Below are positions 35,251-48,299 of a stretch of DNA of 64,000 bases, one piece after another; position 1 is the stretch's first letter; the number at the start of each line of letters is the position of its first letter. The notes beneath the pieces were generated by a model. That model was not told the DNA's origin. It did no database searches and was given only the letters and a program-made list of their open reading frames with translations. Made by a program: the position numbers and the translations under genes. Source of the stretch: Podarcis filfolensis (taxonomy: Eukaryota); assembly GCA_964270895.1 (NCBI GenBank), contig OZ185440.1. One strand, written 5' to 3'.

Positions 35251-37211
35251 TAATTAAGAAGATGCATTTGGGGGGCGCCAAATTTTGGCCTTGCATAGGT
35301 CACTATATTACGAAAGATTATCCAATATGCCTCTGCCAATTTTCTTCGTTCTCTTTTATATGCTGTAAGTGCAGCAGTGCTAACTGTGGCACAGAGAACA
35401 ACACCTCAGCCCAGTAAAGCAGAACTCAAGGCTACTTCAGGAGGAGAAAAGAAACACTGAAATAACTCTGCCAATTTTTTAATATTTCTTTTTGCTGGAG
35501 GAAAGAGAAGAAGTGGAGCTCTGCTAGTGTGAAAGCGGCACTTCTAATTCCTTGAACCAAAGATTGTATTAAATGCTTGACTGGGATTTACGAACATACC
35601 AGCTTTTCTTAGTACAATGGGTTGATGAATGTGATATTTTGACCATTTGCAGCCCCTTTTAGCAGAGTTTACATCAACATTTTTGCAATTTATTTTTTAA
35701 AAATGATTTTGTTGCTCACTTTTTATTTTAACTTTCAGACCGCTCAGGAATTGGTGTATTTGCTCTTATTCCCAGCTAGTAAAGCTTCTTTGCCACTTAG
35801 GGAGGAAAAACCAACAACATTAAAATTGACATAACAGATTCTTAAACTCTATTGTAAGTTCTGTAATTCCCACAGGTGATTCAAAGGGTGTTTTCTCTTC
35901 ACTCTTGACATTGGTATAAAGAAGATTAGCATGTGTAAATAGGTTATGAATTTCTCAGTACGCATTAAGGGCAATGATGATTTTCAGTTTTCACCATATT
36001 GTGGCTAAGATGTTAAAGGCATGTTCAAAATACCGACCCCCAATATTCTGCCTGGAGGTAAAATTGAGAGTGGACCTCAGTGGTCCTTTATAATCCTTCT
36101 CCGACTCATTCTGGAAAGAAAGTTACAGGTCAGCTGGAAGGTTCTGTGTTTGTTTGAATGTGTTACTTTCTTCCCACCCCCCATGGATGGAGCATAAAAC
36201 AAGATGCACACTTCTCATTTTGGAGAGCCAGGTAATATCTGAACAAGCGCTAAGAACTAAGTACTTTTGAGAATAAATCCAAGCCACCATTAACTTCGTC
36301 TCAAAACAAACTCTGTTATGCGAGATGTAGACCTTAGTTGTCAGCAGTTGCAGCTCTGATATGGATCATTTAACAAGTTTCTGACCGAGTAATTGTTGTA
36401 TTGTGGCACCTTTTTTATTGAGATATGATTTCTCAGAGTAAGTTATATTGTTCAGCGTGGCAGGGGGGGAAAGCTGACTCCAGGAGTTTTACCACTAAAC
36501 AATATAACTTGCGTATTTTTCCGTAGCGATAGCTATCCTCTGAACAACGTGAAGGAAAATTGTGAATAATGAACTGAGAAACCATGAGCAAACAGCATAA
36601 GAAGCCATTCCTGATTTAGGACTTCTTTCCAAAGATGACATTTTGGAAGGAGTTTACAGATCTTACTCACTTCAACGTAATGTGTAAAATTACAACACAA
36701 TGATCATCACAGTCTCTCAGAAAAAAAATATTTTTTTCCAACCAGACAACTTTAGGACCAGAACTCTGTGTAGCTGACCTGGTTTTCAGCTGGCAAGGCT
36801 GTGGTTCAGATATTCTGTAACAGAGGTGGTGTCATTGGGGGTCAGTCAGCAGATTTCAGAAGAAAACAAAATGTGAATTCAGCTGGCTTTCCATAATAGA
36901 AGGTTTTACATAAGTGCTTGACAATGACTTACCATTGGGCTTTTTAGAGAGTGCAAGTTTAAACAGGCAGACCCGGAGGGAGTCCTCTTAAACATATAAC
37001 TATCTGAACTTTGAGAAGCCTACATAATACAGTTGTTTACACTAGTGACTTCTGGATATTTCAAGCACTTAGTGTACAAGGAAAGTGAGAGAATCTGGCA
37101 GCGAGGTTTCATTTGTTGTGTCTTAGATCTAGAAAAGTAGGATTTGACTCATGAGAGCGGGTATGGTACAGAACGATTGTACAATTAGAAAAGTTTTGAC
37201 AAATATTTAAT

Positions 37212-37740
37212 ACTAGCAGGTACTGAGTGCCCAGTGCTGCCAGGGTATTCTTAGAAGCCTCAGAGTTGTGATCTTTAAAGAGATAATATAATTTGTGAAT
37301 TTTGACCTGTCGGGTAATGTGTTTTTATCTTGTATTTTATTCTGTGAACCACCCTGAGATTTCGTGATGAAGGGCAGTATAATAAATTCAATAAATAACA
37401 ATAGTAGTAGTAATGTCAAAAATCAGGTCAAGTTACACACAGGTAATGCTCAGTCTACCATCTTGATTCAGAATGGCACCTGGCACTCCCCATCTCAGTT
37501 CATGCCAAATTTGGCAGCTGAACCTATGCCAGAAAACAGGTGAAGTCATGCCAAAGTGACATTTCACTCCACAATATTGATTCAGCATGGTGCCTGGTGT
37601 CCATATGACATTGAAGTCCACCACCCATGCCTCGGAAATCCCTATGCTGAGTTTAGTGATGATACCCTGACAGTCACCCAGACACAGAGACCACAAACAG
37701 ACAAACCATTTCCCAACATATATTGTATATATAGTTAGAT
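37212..37740. mobile_element. Probable Helentron-type non-autonomous element (HINE/DINE-1-like) with an internal L2 tail at ~37325-37410
   Basis: Starts ACTAGCAGGTAC..GCCCAGTGCTGCCAGGG; internal GCCAAATTTGGC palindrome; degenerate (ACAG)n; ends TATATATAGTTAGAT. Class is inferred from architecture only. Confidence 0.4.
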
Positions 37741-40198
37741 GCGAATTTAAAGGCCACTAGGGAAGAAGGTGCCAGGGCCTTTAATTACCACACTTTGAAT
37801 GTTTTATTGAAGTCAAGGAACAGGATAGATCTAGAAACCTATCTTAGATATTTAAGAAGTCAGTACTTGAGCTACTGCACACTATTTTTGGATTGGTCAT
37901 CTTGAACAGGAGCACCCATAAAACATTTTCTGAAGCATCCAAGGGACCTATGCAGATCAAAGCTTCAAGAAAAACACAATTATCAAAAAGTGATTTGCAA
38001 AACTAAAATGTTTTTCTTTTCTAGAAAACTTAAGCACGGGGTATTTCGTATAGACGTTTTTGAATGAAGATGGAGCTACATAAGGCAAGAGTGGCAGCCC
38101 TGTGTGGAGTGCTGATATAACTTACTGGTTATATTTGGTGTCATTAAGGTGGACATCTTTCTGCCAATGACATGTAGTGGGACACATAACCAAGTGTACT
38201 AACTTAAGATAATAGGAATACCGTTTTTGGTGGTGACGCTGTATTCTGTTCTTAGTCTCTCCTGAAAGGAGAGTCTTTTTGGATGGGCAGATGTTGGTAT
38301 TTTGGAACGCTTTCAACATAGTTACTTCCTATGACAACAAAGGAGCCATAAAGGGACTGTGCATATTAGTTCCATGTGTACATTTTCAAATAGTCTAAAT
38401 TGTGGAACAGTGACTCTTAAGCGTGTCCTTTCCAAAAAGCATTAAACAGCTGCAGAAATGTAAATTCTCAGTTAAAGTACTTCCTTTTGAATGCTCCTCT
38501 GCGATTCATTATAGGCCTTAGTAGACGATGACTCTCTCTTCTGGTATGGAAGCGTTGAGCTTCATTCTGCTTGAAAGCTGAAGTTAAATATCTGCTAGGG
38601 CTCATCATCATAGCCCAAGTGACTTAATAATAATAAATGCAACATTAATTAACAAGTCATACAATTTATAGTTTTATTGTTAGGAATAAGTGTTATATTA
38701 GCTGGGGAGGTGCTATGCTCTAATTCTGGCAATAGCAGATAAGTATAATTAACCATAGCAATATTTTCCACAATTTTCTCTCTCTGTCTCTCTCTCTCCC
38801 CCCCCCCCAAATCCTCTCTTTGGTACTCATCAAAGACACCCTTCACATGCCTCATGCTGATTTAAGATTCTTGGAAAACAGATACTTCAGTCACTATGTG
38901 TTGTCAGTTAGTCAACTGCCCATTGCTCTTTGTTCCAGCACTCAGAATGTATTGCAGGTGAATAGACCACTTCTTCAGTGCTTATTTAACTTAGTTCCCA
39001 AAGGAACATGATTGTCTTTTAAGTCTTAAATTCCTTGAGGATTAATGTTGGGGGCGACCTAAAAAAGGGGACCAAAAGCCACACCTGCAAAGGTTATCAG
39101 CCATCCAGGATCATATATACTCTGCAGGTGTACATATCCCTGTCATTCTTTATAAGTCCTTTCTTTTACCTGTGACAACTGAGGTACACAATGGAAAAGA
39201 TTAAAAGGATCAGTCCTAGTGGGTTAGATAGACCTAGTTGGATAAGAGTTAGAATTAGATAAACCCAATGAGGAATCCTTCCAGAAATAAAATATCCAAG
39301 CTTGAGTTCCTAACTGTCTTGGGTTCAGCTTCATTATTACGTTCTATGGAGAGTGGTAAATACATATATTGTGTCCACCTTGGCCTAACCACCATCTTAG
39401 GGATGTGTATAAACAGGTTACCACTGCATATGTTTTTATATTATTGTAATACGATGCTCATACTTGGTCCCTGTTCATTACCTTGCTGCATATATATTTT
39501 TTGTATCAAGTGAAGGTTGAGATCCTTTTTGAAGGCAGCACTACATATTATACATCATAGCAACCTTACATTGACTTTACAAGAACATGAATCTCTGCAG
39601 CAAGATCATCCTTATCCATAACAGGGTGCAGTTGGTGCACCAGATGATGTTGGTGGAAACTGCTTTGTACTACAGATGCCACTTGGGTAGCTATAGACAA
39701 AGATTGATCACCACCACCATAAAGGGAAAATGCAGCATTGTTCAGCACAGGCTGAACTCCTACATCCTGGTTAAGAAAAACAAAAACAAAAAGCCTTGCA
39801 CTTATAGTACTTCCTTTGGAAACCTACAGGGAAGCTCTTAATATTCAATTTTCATATAGGATGGCCCTGTGGTTCCTTCTGATAGTTTGAGAACCTCTAG
39901 TCTTCCTACATGCATTAAAGCAATTCTCCACTTGCAGTTGCAAAATATGCCAATCCCTGTTGACTTTGCTTTTATATTCTATTTCCGTTTGTGGTTGTAA
40001 TATTGATAATGGGTATATTCTACTTCTACTTTGCCTTGCTTATTTCCTACGCAGTAGAAAACTGTGTGATAAGATGCCACCTTCTTCTGCTCAATGGTAA
40101 TGAATGCTGTGTTTGGCTGTAGGAATTCTGAGATATGTTTTCTATTGCCAGTGTCTCAACTCTAATATGTGTATACCCAGTCCTCCTTCAGTCTAATC

Positions 40199-40335
40199 TG
40201 GGGGTGGCCAACCTGTGGTCCTCAAGATGCTGCTGGACTTCAACTCCCATCAGCCCCAGCTGCATGGCCAATGATCAAGGTTAATGGGAGCTGTAGTGAG
40301 GCAGCATCTAGAAGACCACAGGTGAGATGCTCCTG
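40199..40335. mobile_element. Degenerate hAT MITE
   Basis: ggggtggccaacctgtggtcctcaagatg...caactcccatc...atgggagctgtag...ccacagg, palindromic. Confidence 0.6.
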
Positions 40336-42488
40336 GTCTAATATCTCTAATCACAGGGGAACATGGAATCTGGGCATAAAACTGAACACCAGTTCTGAGA
40401 GTAGGAAGTGAACCCTAACAAATGACAAAGCCACTATACATATTTCATCTTGTGATAATATTATCACAATAGTTACCTTGGGCATGGTGCAGTGTAGATT
40501 GATCTTTGCTTTGCTGCCAAGTGAGCCTGGTGACTTCAACATCTAACAAAAATAATGTAAGAGGAGCAGTGCTGGATCAGACCAAACAGCTATCTGGTCC
40601 AGCATACTCTTTCTCACAGTGGCTAACAAGTTGCCTCTGGAGAGCCCCAAAACAGGACTTGAGGGAAATAGCCCTCTCCTGTTGTCCCCCAACAACTGGT
40701 ATTCAGAGGCAAAGTCATGAATGAGAATTCTCCTGGATTATGAGAGTGACAAGGTATGAGATTTTACTCCATTAATCAGATTTGTCTTGATCAAGTTGCA
40801 CTTTGGGATCCAGTGGTAGGAAAGTAATTGCTTACATTGCCTCCCCCCCCCCCAAAAAAAAAATTTGCTTGAGTTCTGTTTGTGAGGAAATCTACCAATG
40901 TTTTTAAAAACGGCACTTGACTAGTTTTCCACAGACCTGGCAGCTTGTCAGAACAGTGAACTAAGAAGTCCAAACTAGGACAGCAAAAGCATTGTTCTTG
41001 TGTTCACGGCAGGAAGCTTGTTCTAATGTCTCTGACTGTTGGTTCAGTTCCAGAGCACCTTATTGGAGTTTCAGTGCAAGGATGAAATAGTCAAAGCAAA
41101 TGGATAAAAGCAGAACAAAATGCAGAATAGCCAGATTCTATTAACTATTAACTTAATGAAATGCATTATGATGAATGGATGAGATAGTTATTTCAAAGCT
41201 GTACATGCGACGTTACACCTTCCCCCACCCAAACGTTGCCTTGCCTACTTCCCTGCGCATACTTGGACTCATTATTTAAGATCCATAGTGATGTGCTAGT
41301 ACCGTATCACACAGCACAGACAAGGCTGTTGTCCAAGAATGGATGGCGCTCTAGCAAAAATATGGCCATATTTCAAGCTAGGTTTTCACTTACATTGTGT
41401 GATGCAGATGTATCACATCTCTGTGTGGTTGAGGCCATGGATTTACGGAGATGCTCTGTTGTTCTTCTTCCCCCACCCCCAAAATGCTTAATCGTTTGCA
41501 AAGAACAAGGTTCCTGGATTATTAACCTCTTCAAACTGGAAATGCTTAATATTATTGAAGAGTAGAGCACTCCAGTGGCCAAGCTGGTCTTTAAGGATCC
41601 AGTGTTTTGAGTTTGTCAGCAGCACATCTTCACATTCCTTCTCATTGATGCAGTGTTCGTCTACATACTGTACTTGGGTTGCAATGAAGAAGTAGATGAA
41701 TTATAATGTGGTTGGGATGTAATATATGGCCATATTTACCCAGTATGCTGGATATGACTGAGAGGATAATAATAGAAACCTGATAGCCTTCATTTTTTTT
41801 TAAGGCTGAGTTTTGGCTTCCATTTGCTGCCTCATATCGCTTTACCATCTACCATTGCCATTAATTTTTATGTATCGTCTAATCTTCAGGTGTTATATAT
41901 ATTGCATGTAATGTAAAATGGCTTTAATGGCAGTCTGAGACCATGCACATGTTTTGAATATCAAACAGTTAATTACTAGGTTTGCTGAACATTAAAGCTA
42001 AAGTTGCAGTTGAAGCAATCGTCTTAAACAAGGCAAACTAATAAAAATGAAATCAGCCTGAAGCGCAAGTTTCAATTATGGGCATGCTTTTAGAACTAAG
42101 CCTCTTGGCGATCATGAACAGTTCAAGTGTAGTCTTTGTGCACTGAAGCGTTGAGGTTTCCCTTTGTCTCATCTTCCTCTTCTCTGTGGCCCAAACAGTA
42201 GCTGCAGAGCCTTGGTTTATTCATGTGTAAGGTTTGCTCCTCTCTGTTGAGCCCACTCAGCTTCACCACACTGTGGTGTATATATTGGGGCACATTGAGG
42301 CCAGGAGATAAGCATAAGTAGAGTTTGAGGGAGGCGACAGCCACAACTCTGCCACAATTGTAGGGCCTGGGTGTTTTTTCTAAAGTGGGGGGACACGGGT
42401 AAGAAGGAGCTATCTGCCAAAGTGAACTCCACCGCCATTACTAAGGAGAGAATCCAGTAGGGACTTCGTCTGAGCTCAGAAAGCACTA

Positions 42489-42628
42489 CAACGGTGTTTC
42501 CCAAACTTGGGTCTCCAGCTGTTTTTTTGGACTACAACTCCCATCATCCCTAGCTAGCAAGACCAGTGGTTGGGGGTGATGGGAACTGTAGTCCAAAAAC
42601 AGCTGGAAACCCAGGTTTGGGGAACACC
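42489..42628. mobile_element. hAT MITE (family of 632-767)
   Basis: gtgtttcccaaacttgggtctccagctg...cagctggaaacccaggtttggggaacacc. Confidence 0.8.
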
Positions 42629-42718
42629 ACAATAGAAGGTTCCTTCATGCTCAGCTATCTGAATCCTAGAGCATATTTCAAATATGTACTATAATCTGTA
42701 GTAATTCTATGTAATATA

Positions 42719-42975
42719 CAGTGGTACCTCAGGTTAAGTACTTAATTCGTTCCGGAGGTCCTTACTTAACCTGAAACTGTTCTTAACCTGAAGCACCCTT
42801 TAGCTAATGGGGCCTCCTGCTGTTGCCGCGCCACTGGAGCATGATTTCTGTTCTCATCCTGAAGCAAAGTACTTAACCTGAGGTAATATTTCTGGGTTAG
42901 CGGAGTCTGTAACCTGAAGCGTATGTAACCTGAAGCGTATGTAACCTGAAGCGTATGTAACCTGAGGTACCACTG
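42719..42975. mobile_element. Tigger-like MITE family A with four 16-bp subterminal units
   Basis: TA|CAGTGGTACCTC...GAGGTACCACTG|TA; TGTAACCTGAAGCGTA units start at 42908, 42924, 42940 and 42956. Confidence 0.88.
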
Positions 42976-43084
42976 TATATTACACTGTATATGTAAGTGC
43001 TGTGTGAGAGAATCCAGCAACCAGGTTGCTCACTTGGGTGAGAAGGTTTGAGCATATAATGCCCATCCTGGCCTGACTGCAATG

Positions 43085-43560
43085 GCTGCCAATTAGTTTC
43101 CAGGCCTGGTTAAAATGCCACCTGCTCCCCTATAAAGCCACAATGGCTCGGGACCACAATACCTCAAGGACCACCTCTCCCCATATAAACAGACCTGGAC
43201 CCTGCAATCATCATCTGAGGCCCTTCTTCATGTGCCTCCTTCATGAGAGGCCCAGAGGGTAGCAACATGAGAAGAGGCCTTTTCTGTGGTGGCTCCTCAC
43301 TTGTGGAATGCTCACCCCAGAGAGGCCCGCCTGGTGCCTTTATTATGTATCTTTAGGTGCTAGGCAAAAACACTCCTCTTCTCCCAGGCCTTTGGCTAAT
43401 TAAACAATCTATGGCCTTTAAAACTGTGTTGGGGGGCATGTTTTTGTTTTTGTTTCTAAGTATGTTACATATTTTTGTGTTTTTATTTTGTAAACTGCCC
43501 TATGATCCTTGGATGAAGGGCAGTATAGAAAATTGATCAATAAATAGAATAAAATAAATA
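43085..43560 (+). mobile_element. L2 LINE 3' fragment
   Basis: ggctgccaattagtttcc...gcctttTctgtggtggctcctcacttgtggaatgc...ccttggatgaagggcagtatagaaa(taaa)n. Confidence 0.8.
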
Positions 43561-44050
43561 GATACACTTGGTATAGAAACCTCCAGTGACTCACTATGTA
43601 GGATGGACATTGGGTTGCTGAACTAGAGATGAGAAATTGGTCCCTAGCAAGGGGGTGGGAAGAATATGGCTCTTCCAGGGAACAGGGGAGCTAAGTCAGC
43701 AGCAAAAGAGTAACAGAGCCTGGGATTAAAATATATACTGCAAGCTCCACAGTTCAGCTCCTTCAATCTTGACCCCCGACCCCCAGCTGGACCTCGTTTT
43801 CAAAAGATGCTGAACTAGATAGAATGTCAATTTCATTCAGCAGGACTGCTCTTATGATTGTGTCTTTCTAAAAACAAAAAAGTACCTTCTGTATTGAAGT
43901 ACTGTATCCTAGTATCTGTTTTCTTTGTGTGATTATGTTTATATTTTCAATTCACTAAATGTGTAGAAGACAGAACGTAGTATCTGAAAACAATATGGGT
44001 ATGTGTCATCTTGTTCAATTTAGATTTTTTCCCTGGCTTGTGTTTTACAG

Positions 44051-44166
44051 GATCAGTTTGACAATTTAGACAAGCACACACAGTGGGGCATTGACTTCCT
44101 GGAAAAATATGCAAAATTCGTTAAAGAAAGGATAGAGATTGAACAGAATTATGCAAAGCAATTGAG
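44051..44166 (+). CDS. FNBP1L: FNBP1L exon 2 (116 nt)
   Basis: tgttttacag|GATCAG...TTGAG|gtaagc; [38 protein letters not shown](R), the FCH/F-BAR start; phase 0 to 2. Confidence 0.98.
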
Positions 44167-45208
44167 GTAAGCTTTATTTTACAAGTTCCGTTACCCTTTA
44201 AACTTCTGTTACCTTTTAAACTGTTTTGGTGTTTTGTTTTGTTTTCATTTCCTAATTATATTTTTAGTTAAAAGTAGTTCCTGTACTGTAGGAGAAATCG
44301 AATATGCAAATATTGTTGTCCTGGAAGAATAGCCATACTTGATCCACGTAGCCAAAATCATTTTTTCTTTTCCATCTGAATTGGTTACTCCTTACTACAG
44401 ATTCATGGGCAACATGATTTTTTATCCCCCTGTTGCGGCAAAAGTAGAGACATGTTTGTCATTCAGCACAAACAAACACAAGCTTGCAAGTAGCATAGCA
44501 TGCTTTGCAAAGCAAGCAAGGCAGAGATGGACTATCTTGATCAATGTGCATTGAATGGAGGAACCCCTTAACTGTGTTACACTGAGGACTGGTGCTGTGG
44601 CTCACATTTCTTCCATTATGGTTGCTATGGGGAAGGGTGCTCGAAAAACCTCTGAATTAAAATTCGAGCGCTCCCTTATTTTCTTTTAAGGCTGTAAAGC
44701 TTATCTGTGTGTAAAGGCGTAAATATACTCGCATCCAGAATTGCTTTGCTGCATCCACTGCAGCTGCTTTGTGTTGCTGAAGAGGCAAGCTGTGTTGTTT
44801 TTGTGCTTCCGTCAGCATGTGGTGCAAACATCAAAGAAACCTCAGCATTTTCCTCTACTATCTTCATTTTCATTTGTGGGTAGGCACCACTGGCCACCTT
44901 TGGAAAGCAAGGGGAAATCCTGTTGCTCTAGTTTTTCTAGCCAGTTCCCCTTGCATGTACTGGGAACTGTAGACATGTTTATCCTGGGGCTTTTGGGTGA
45001 GTTGTAAGAGGCACTGAGCAGTGACCCTACTCTGAAAGAAACCCTTCTGCAGCACTAAAGTACTGCATGGAGACAGCCTCCCCTCTGAGTCAAAACAGTA
45101 GTGCTGAAGACTTCTGTTAGTTTTATGTAGGAGCATAGAAGATCAGCAGGGAATCTTGTAATAGATTCTGGAGATCCAGTCCTTAAATATGCACAGCAAA
45201 GCATAGAA

Positions 45209-45523
45209 CAGGGTTTGGCAGGGTTTACCTTGCCTGGGCCGGTTCACTCCAGCAGAGATCCCTCTGTGGGCTGGATTGTGCGTGCGCCCGCGATTGTCTG
45301 CGTAGATGTGATTTCCAGAGTCTTTGCAGATGCTATTTCCGGCATCTGCGCAGATGTGATTTCCTGCGCCGCAAAAGTGAGTCCCCACAATGCGCTGCGC
45401 CAGTTTAGCACAGCGTGCGGGGACTTGCCAAGCGGGCGGCTCGGTTCAGGGGCAGCTCGTGGGCTGGTTAAATGACCCCTGTGGGCTGCTTGTGGCCCAT
45501 GGGCCTTAGGTTGCTGACCCCTG
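45209..45523. mobile_element. hAT MITE, CpG-rich
   Basis: CAGGGTTTGGCA...GGTTGCTGACCCCTG with perfect 8-bp TSD GCATAGAA; one end is shared with 50176. Confidence 0.85.
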
Positions 45524-47051
45524 GCATAGAATCAAATTATTTGACCCATTGAAATGAATGAACACCATAGTAATATTGATTAATTTCAGCTGGTCTGCTC
45601 CACGAAAAAGAATGAGTTGGCTACCACCTATCATGTCTTCGCAAACGAAGCTTCAATTTTTTTTTCTTGTTTTGACACATGCAGAGTCTGTATCTCTGTA
45701 TTATCAGAATTGCAGGAAAAATAAATGTAGGGCTGCACATTAAAGTGTGTGCACTGCTTTTCTCTACCAGTTTATTGAGTGGCCTTTTGGCTGTGAACTT
45801 TTCCACATGGAACTTAACCGATATATTTTAAGCCTCTTTTCCATGAACAGTGTAAACAAGTAATCTGCTTACATGTATTATTTTCTGTGCGGGGGTCCAT
45901 AGGTAAAAAGCGACAACTGTTTTAAGTGTATGCGTATCTTAATCTTTGGTGTTAACTGGTCTACTATATATGCATTTTTTAAAAGACTTCACCTGTCAGC
46001 TTTCAAGTAACCTGGGCTTGTAGTTTCTTCTGAAATGGTAGTAATTTGGGATGTATGCCGATGTGCTCTATTTTTACTTCAATCTTGTCTTAGAAGCTAG
46101 TACTGTAAAGAAAAATTGGGAATTCCAAGATAAATAATGGGGAACAGTCTTGATTCTCAGAAAGTTCTGGATCTGAGCCTCAGTTGCTCTTACCTTCTCT
46201 GTCTGCATTCAGTTGCAAACAGGACCTGAGCCCATTGTGGAGTTTTTGTTTTTGTTTTGTAATTATCCATTCTAATCCTAGATACATAAGGATACATCAA
46301 GTTATCAGCTGTTGTTTATGATTAAAGTAGCCAATGTTGATTTAAAAGGGGAAACAGTTTGTTCTGTTTACTTCCTCTCTTGACTACAGCTAAGTGTTCT
46401 AAAGGCTAACTTACTTTCTTCTTATAAGCAACTGTTGTTGTTCTTTTCACATTAATACTCATGTCCTGAGTGCAGCTTCGTTGAGCTGTATATATAAACG
46501 CTCATCTTCATAATAACCGAGTGGCTAGGAGACAAAGGTTTTGCGAATTTGCCTGACTTTTTCTCTCTGAAGAAATGAGTAATGTGTATTCCATATTCTA
46601 GATTTCCAGTCAAGGACAATTCCGTTGTAACACGATACAGCAAGGTATCTAGAGGGAATTCCTTGATTTGGAAGCTGAAGAAAGTTGCTTAAATGGCTTG
46701 ATTATCTTCTGCAGTGGGAAACTATGTAATTGTGCACAGCCAAATGAAGATTTAGTTACCTAAATGACTATATTTAGAAACTTGGCAAGCTGTCTGGATG
46801 CTCTACTAGTTTGAATTCTAAATTGGAAACAAATGGTCACGATGTGGGCCCTTGTTTCTGAAGGCTGTTCTTCTTTAATTGAAATTGAAAACATAAGATG
46901 TTGATTATTATCCAAATGTAGATGTGGCAGACTTTCCTTGAACAACTGTGCAAATGGACTCTTATTCAAAAGAGTTTCTGTGCTGAAAGTTATTCCTCCC
47001 CATTATTATTTACAAAAGCTTTTATTGGATGTAGAATGCCTTTGTTTCATG

Positions 47052-47860
47052 AACAGAATGCTGCAGCTAGCCTGGTGACTGGGAGCAGCCTCCGGGACCA
47101 TATAACTGGTCCTAAAGGATCTTCACTGGCTCCCAGTACGTTTCCAAGCATAATTCAAAGTGCTGGTGCTGACCTTTAAAGCCCAAATGGCCTTGGCCAA
47201 GTGTACCTGAAGGAGTGTCTCCATCCTCATTGTTCACTGAGGTGAGGTCCTCTTCCGAGGGTCTTCTGGCGGTTTCCTCACGGCAAGAGGTGAAGTTACA
47301 GGGAACCAGGCAGAGGGCCTTCTCGGCAAGTGGCGCCCTCCCTGTGGAACACCCTTCCTTCAGGTGTCAAGGAGATAAGTACACAACTTTTAGAAGACAT
47401 CTGAAGGCAGCCCTGTATCAGGAAGTTCTTAATGTTTGACGTTTTACTATGCTTTTATATGTGCTGGAAGTTGCCCAGAGTGGCTGGGCAAACCCAGCCA
47501 GATGGGCTGGGTGTTGTTGTTTAGTCGTTTAGTCGTGACCGACTATTCATGACCCCATGGACCAGAGCATGCCAGGCACTCCTGTCTTCCACTGCCTCCC
47601 GCAGTTTGGTCAAACTCATGCTGGTAGCTTCGAGAACACTGTCCAACCATCTCATCCTCTGTCGTCCCCTTCTCCTTGTGCCCTCAATCTTTCCCAACAT
47701 CAGGGACTTTCCCAGGGAGGCTTCTCTTCTCATGAGGTGGCCAAAGTATTGGAGCCTCAGCTTCAGGATCTGTACTTCCAGTGAGCACTCAGGGCTGATT
47801 TCCTTCAGAAATGGGCCGGGTATAAATAATAAAAATATTACTATTATTATTATCATTATT
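47052..47860 (+). mobile_element. L2 LINE 3' fragment interrupted by Bov-B
   Basis: cagaatgctgcagctagcctggtgactggg...ttcaaagtgctggtgctgacctttaaagccc...gatgggctgggt[Bov-B]atgggccgggtataaat. Confidence 0.82.
47513..47810 (-). mobile_element. Bov-B 3' fragment
   Basis: LKEISPECSLEVQILKLRLQYFGHLMRRE...HGVMNSRSRLND with (CAA)n tail; 11-bp TSD atgggc(t/c)gggt. Confidence 0.93.
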
Positions 47861-48299
47861 ACATGCAGTGCGCAATCCAGCCAGTGTTGGTTCTGAAAAC
47901 CCATTGATTTCACTGAGAAAGTTAAGCAAGTGTTTAAATTTCTTCCAGTGAAACCTAATTAAATACAGTGGCAGTAGCAAATTCTTTTTTCAGTGGAGCA
48001 TTCTGGGAGCTAAGGCAGGGCACCACTGTGAAAAAGGCCCTATTTTTAGTCACCATTCAGCTATGAAATGGTGCGTCTGATTCATTACTATGTAACAGTA
48101 CAAAGTGAAATCCACTAATTAGCGTTCCTTTTCTTTTGTGAATGCAGTAGATAACAATAGTACTAGAACTCTGATCGTAACCATTTAAATTAGATTTGTG
48201 ACCATCACAAACTAGAAATCTTGGGTGAGAGTTCCATATGAAGTTGAATCTGAGCGAGCAAAAATAATACAGCTTCTATCCGAATTATTTTTTTTTTAA

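Noticed and set aside
42900-42975. Regular 16-bp repeats as a CRISPR-like array
   Set aside because: Tandem units without unique spacers, inside a TIR/TA-flanked MITE in a eukaryotic genome.
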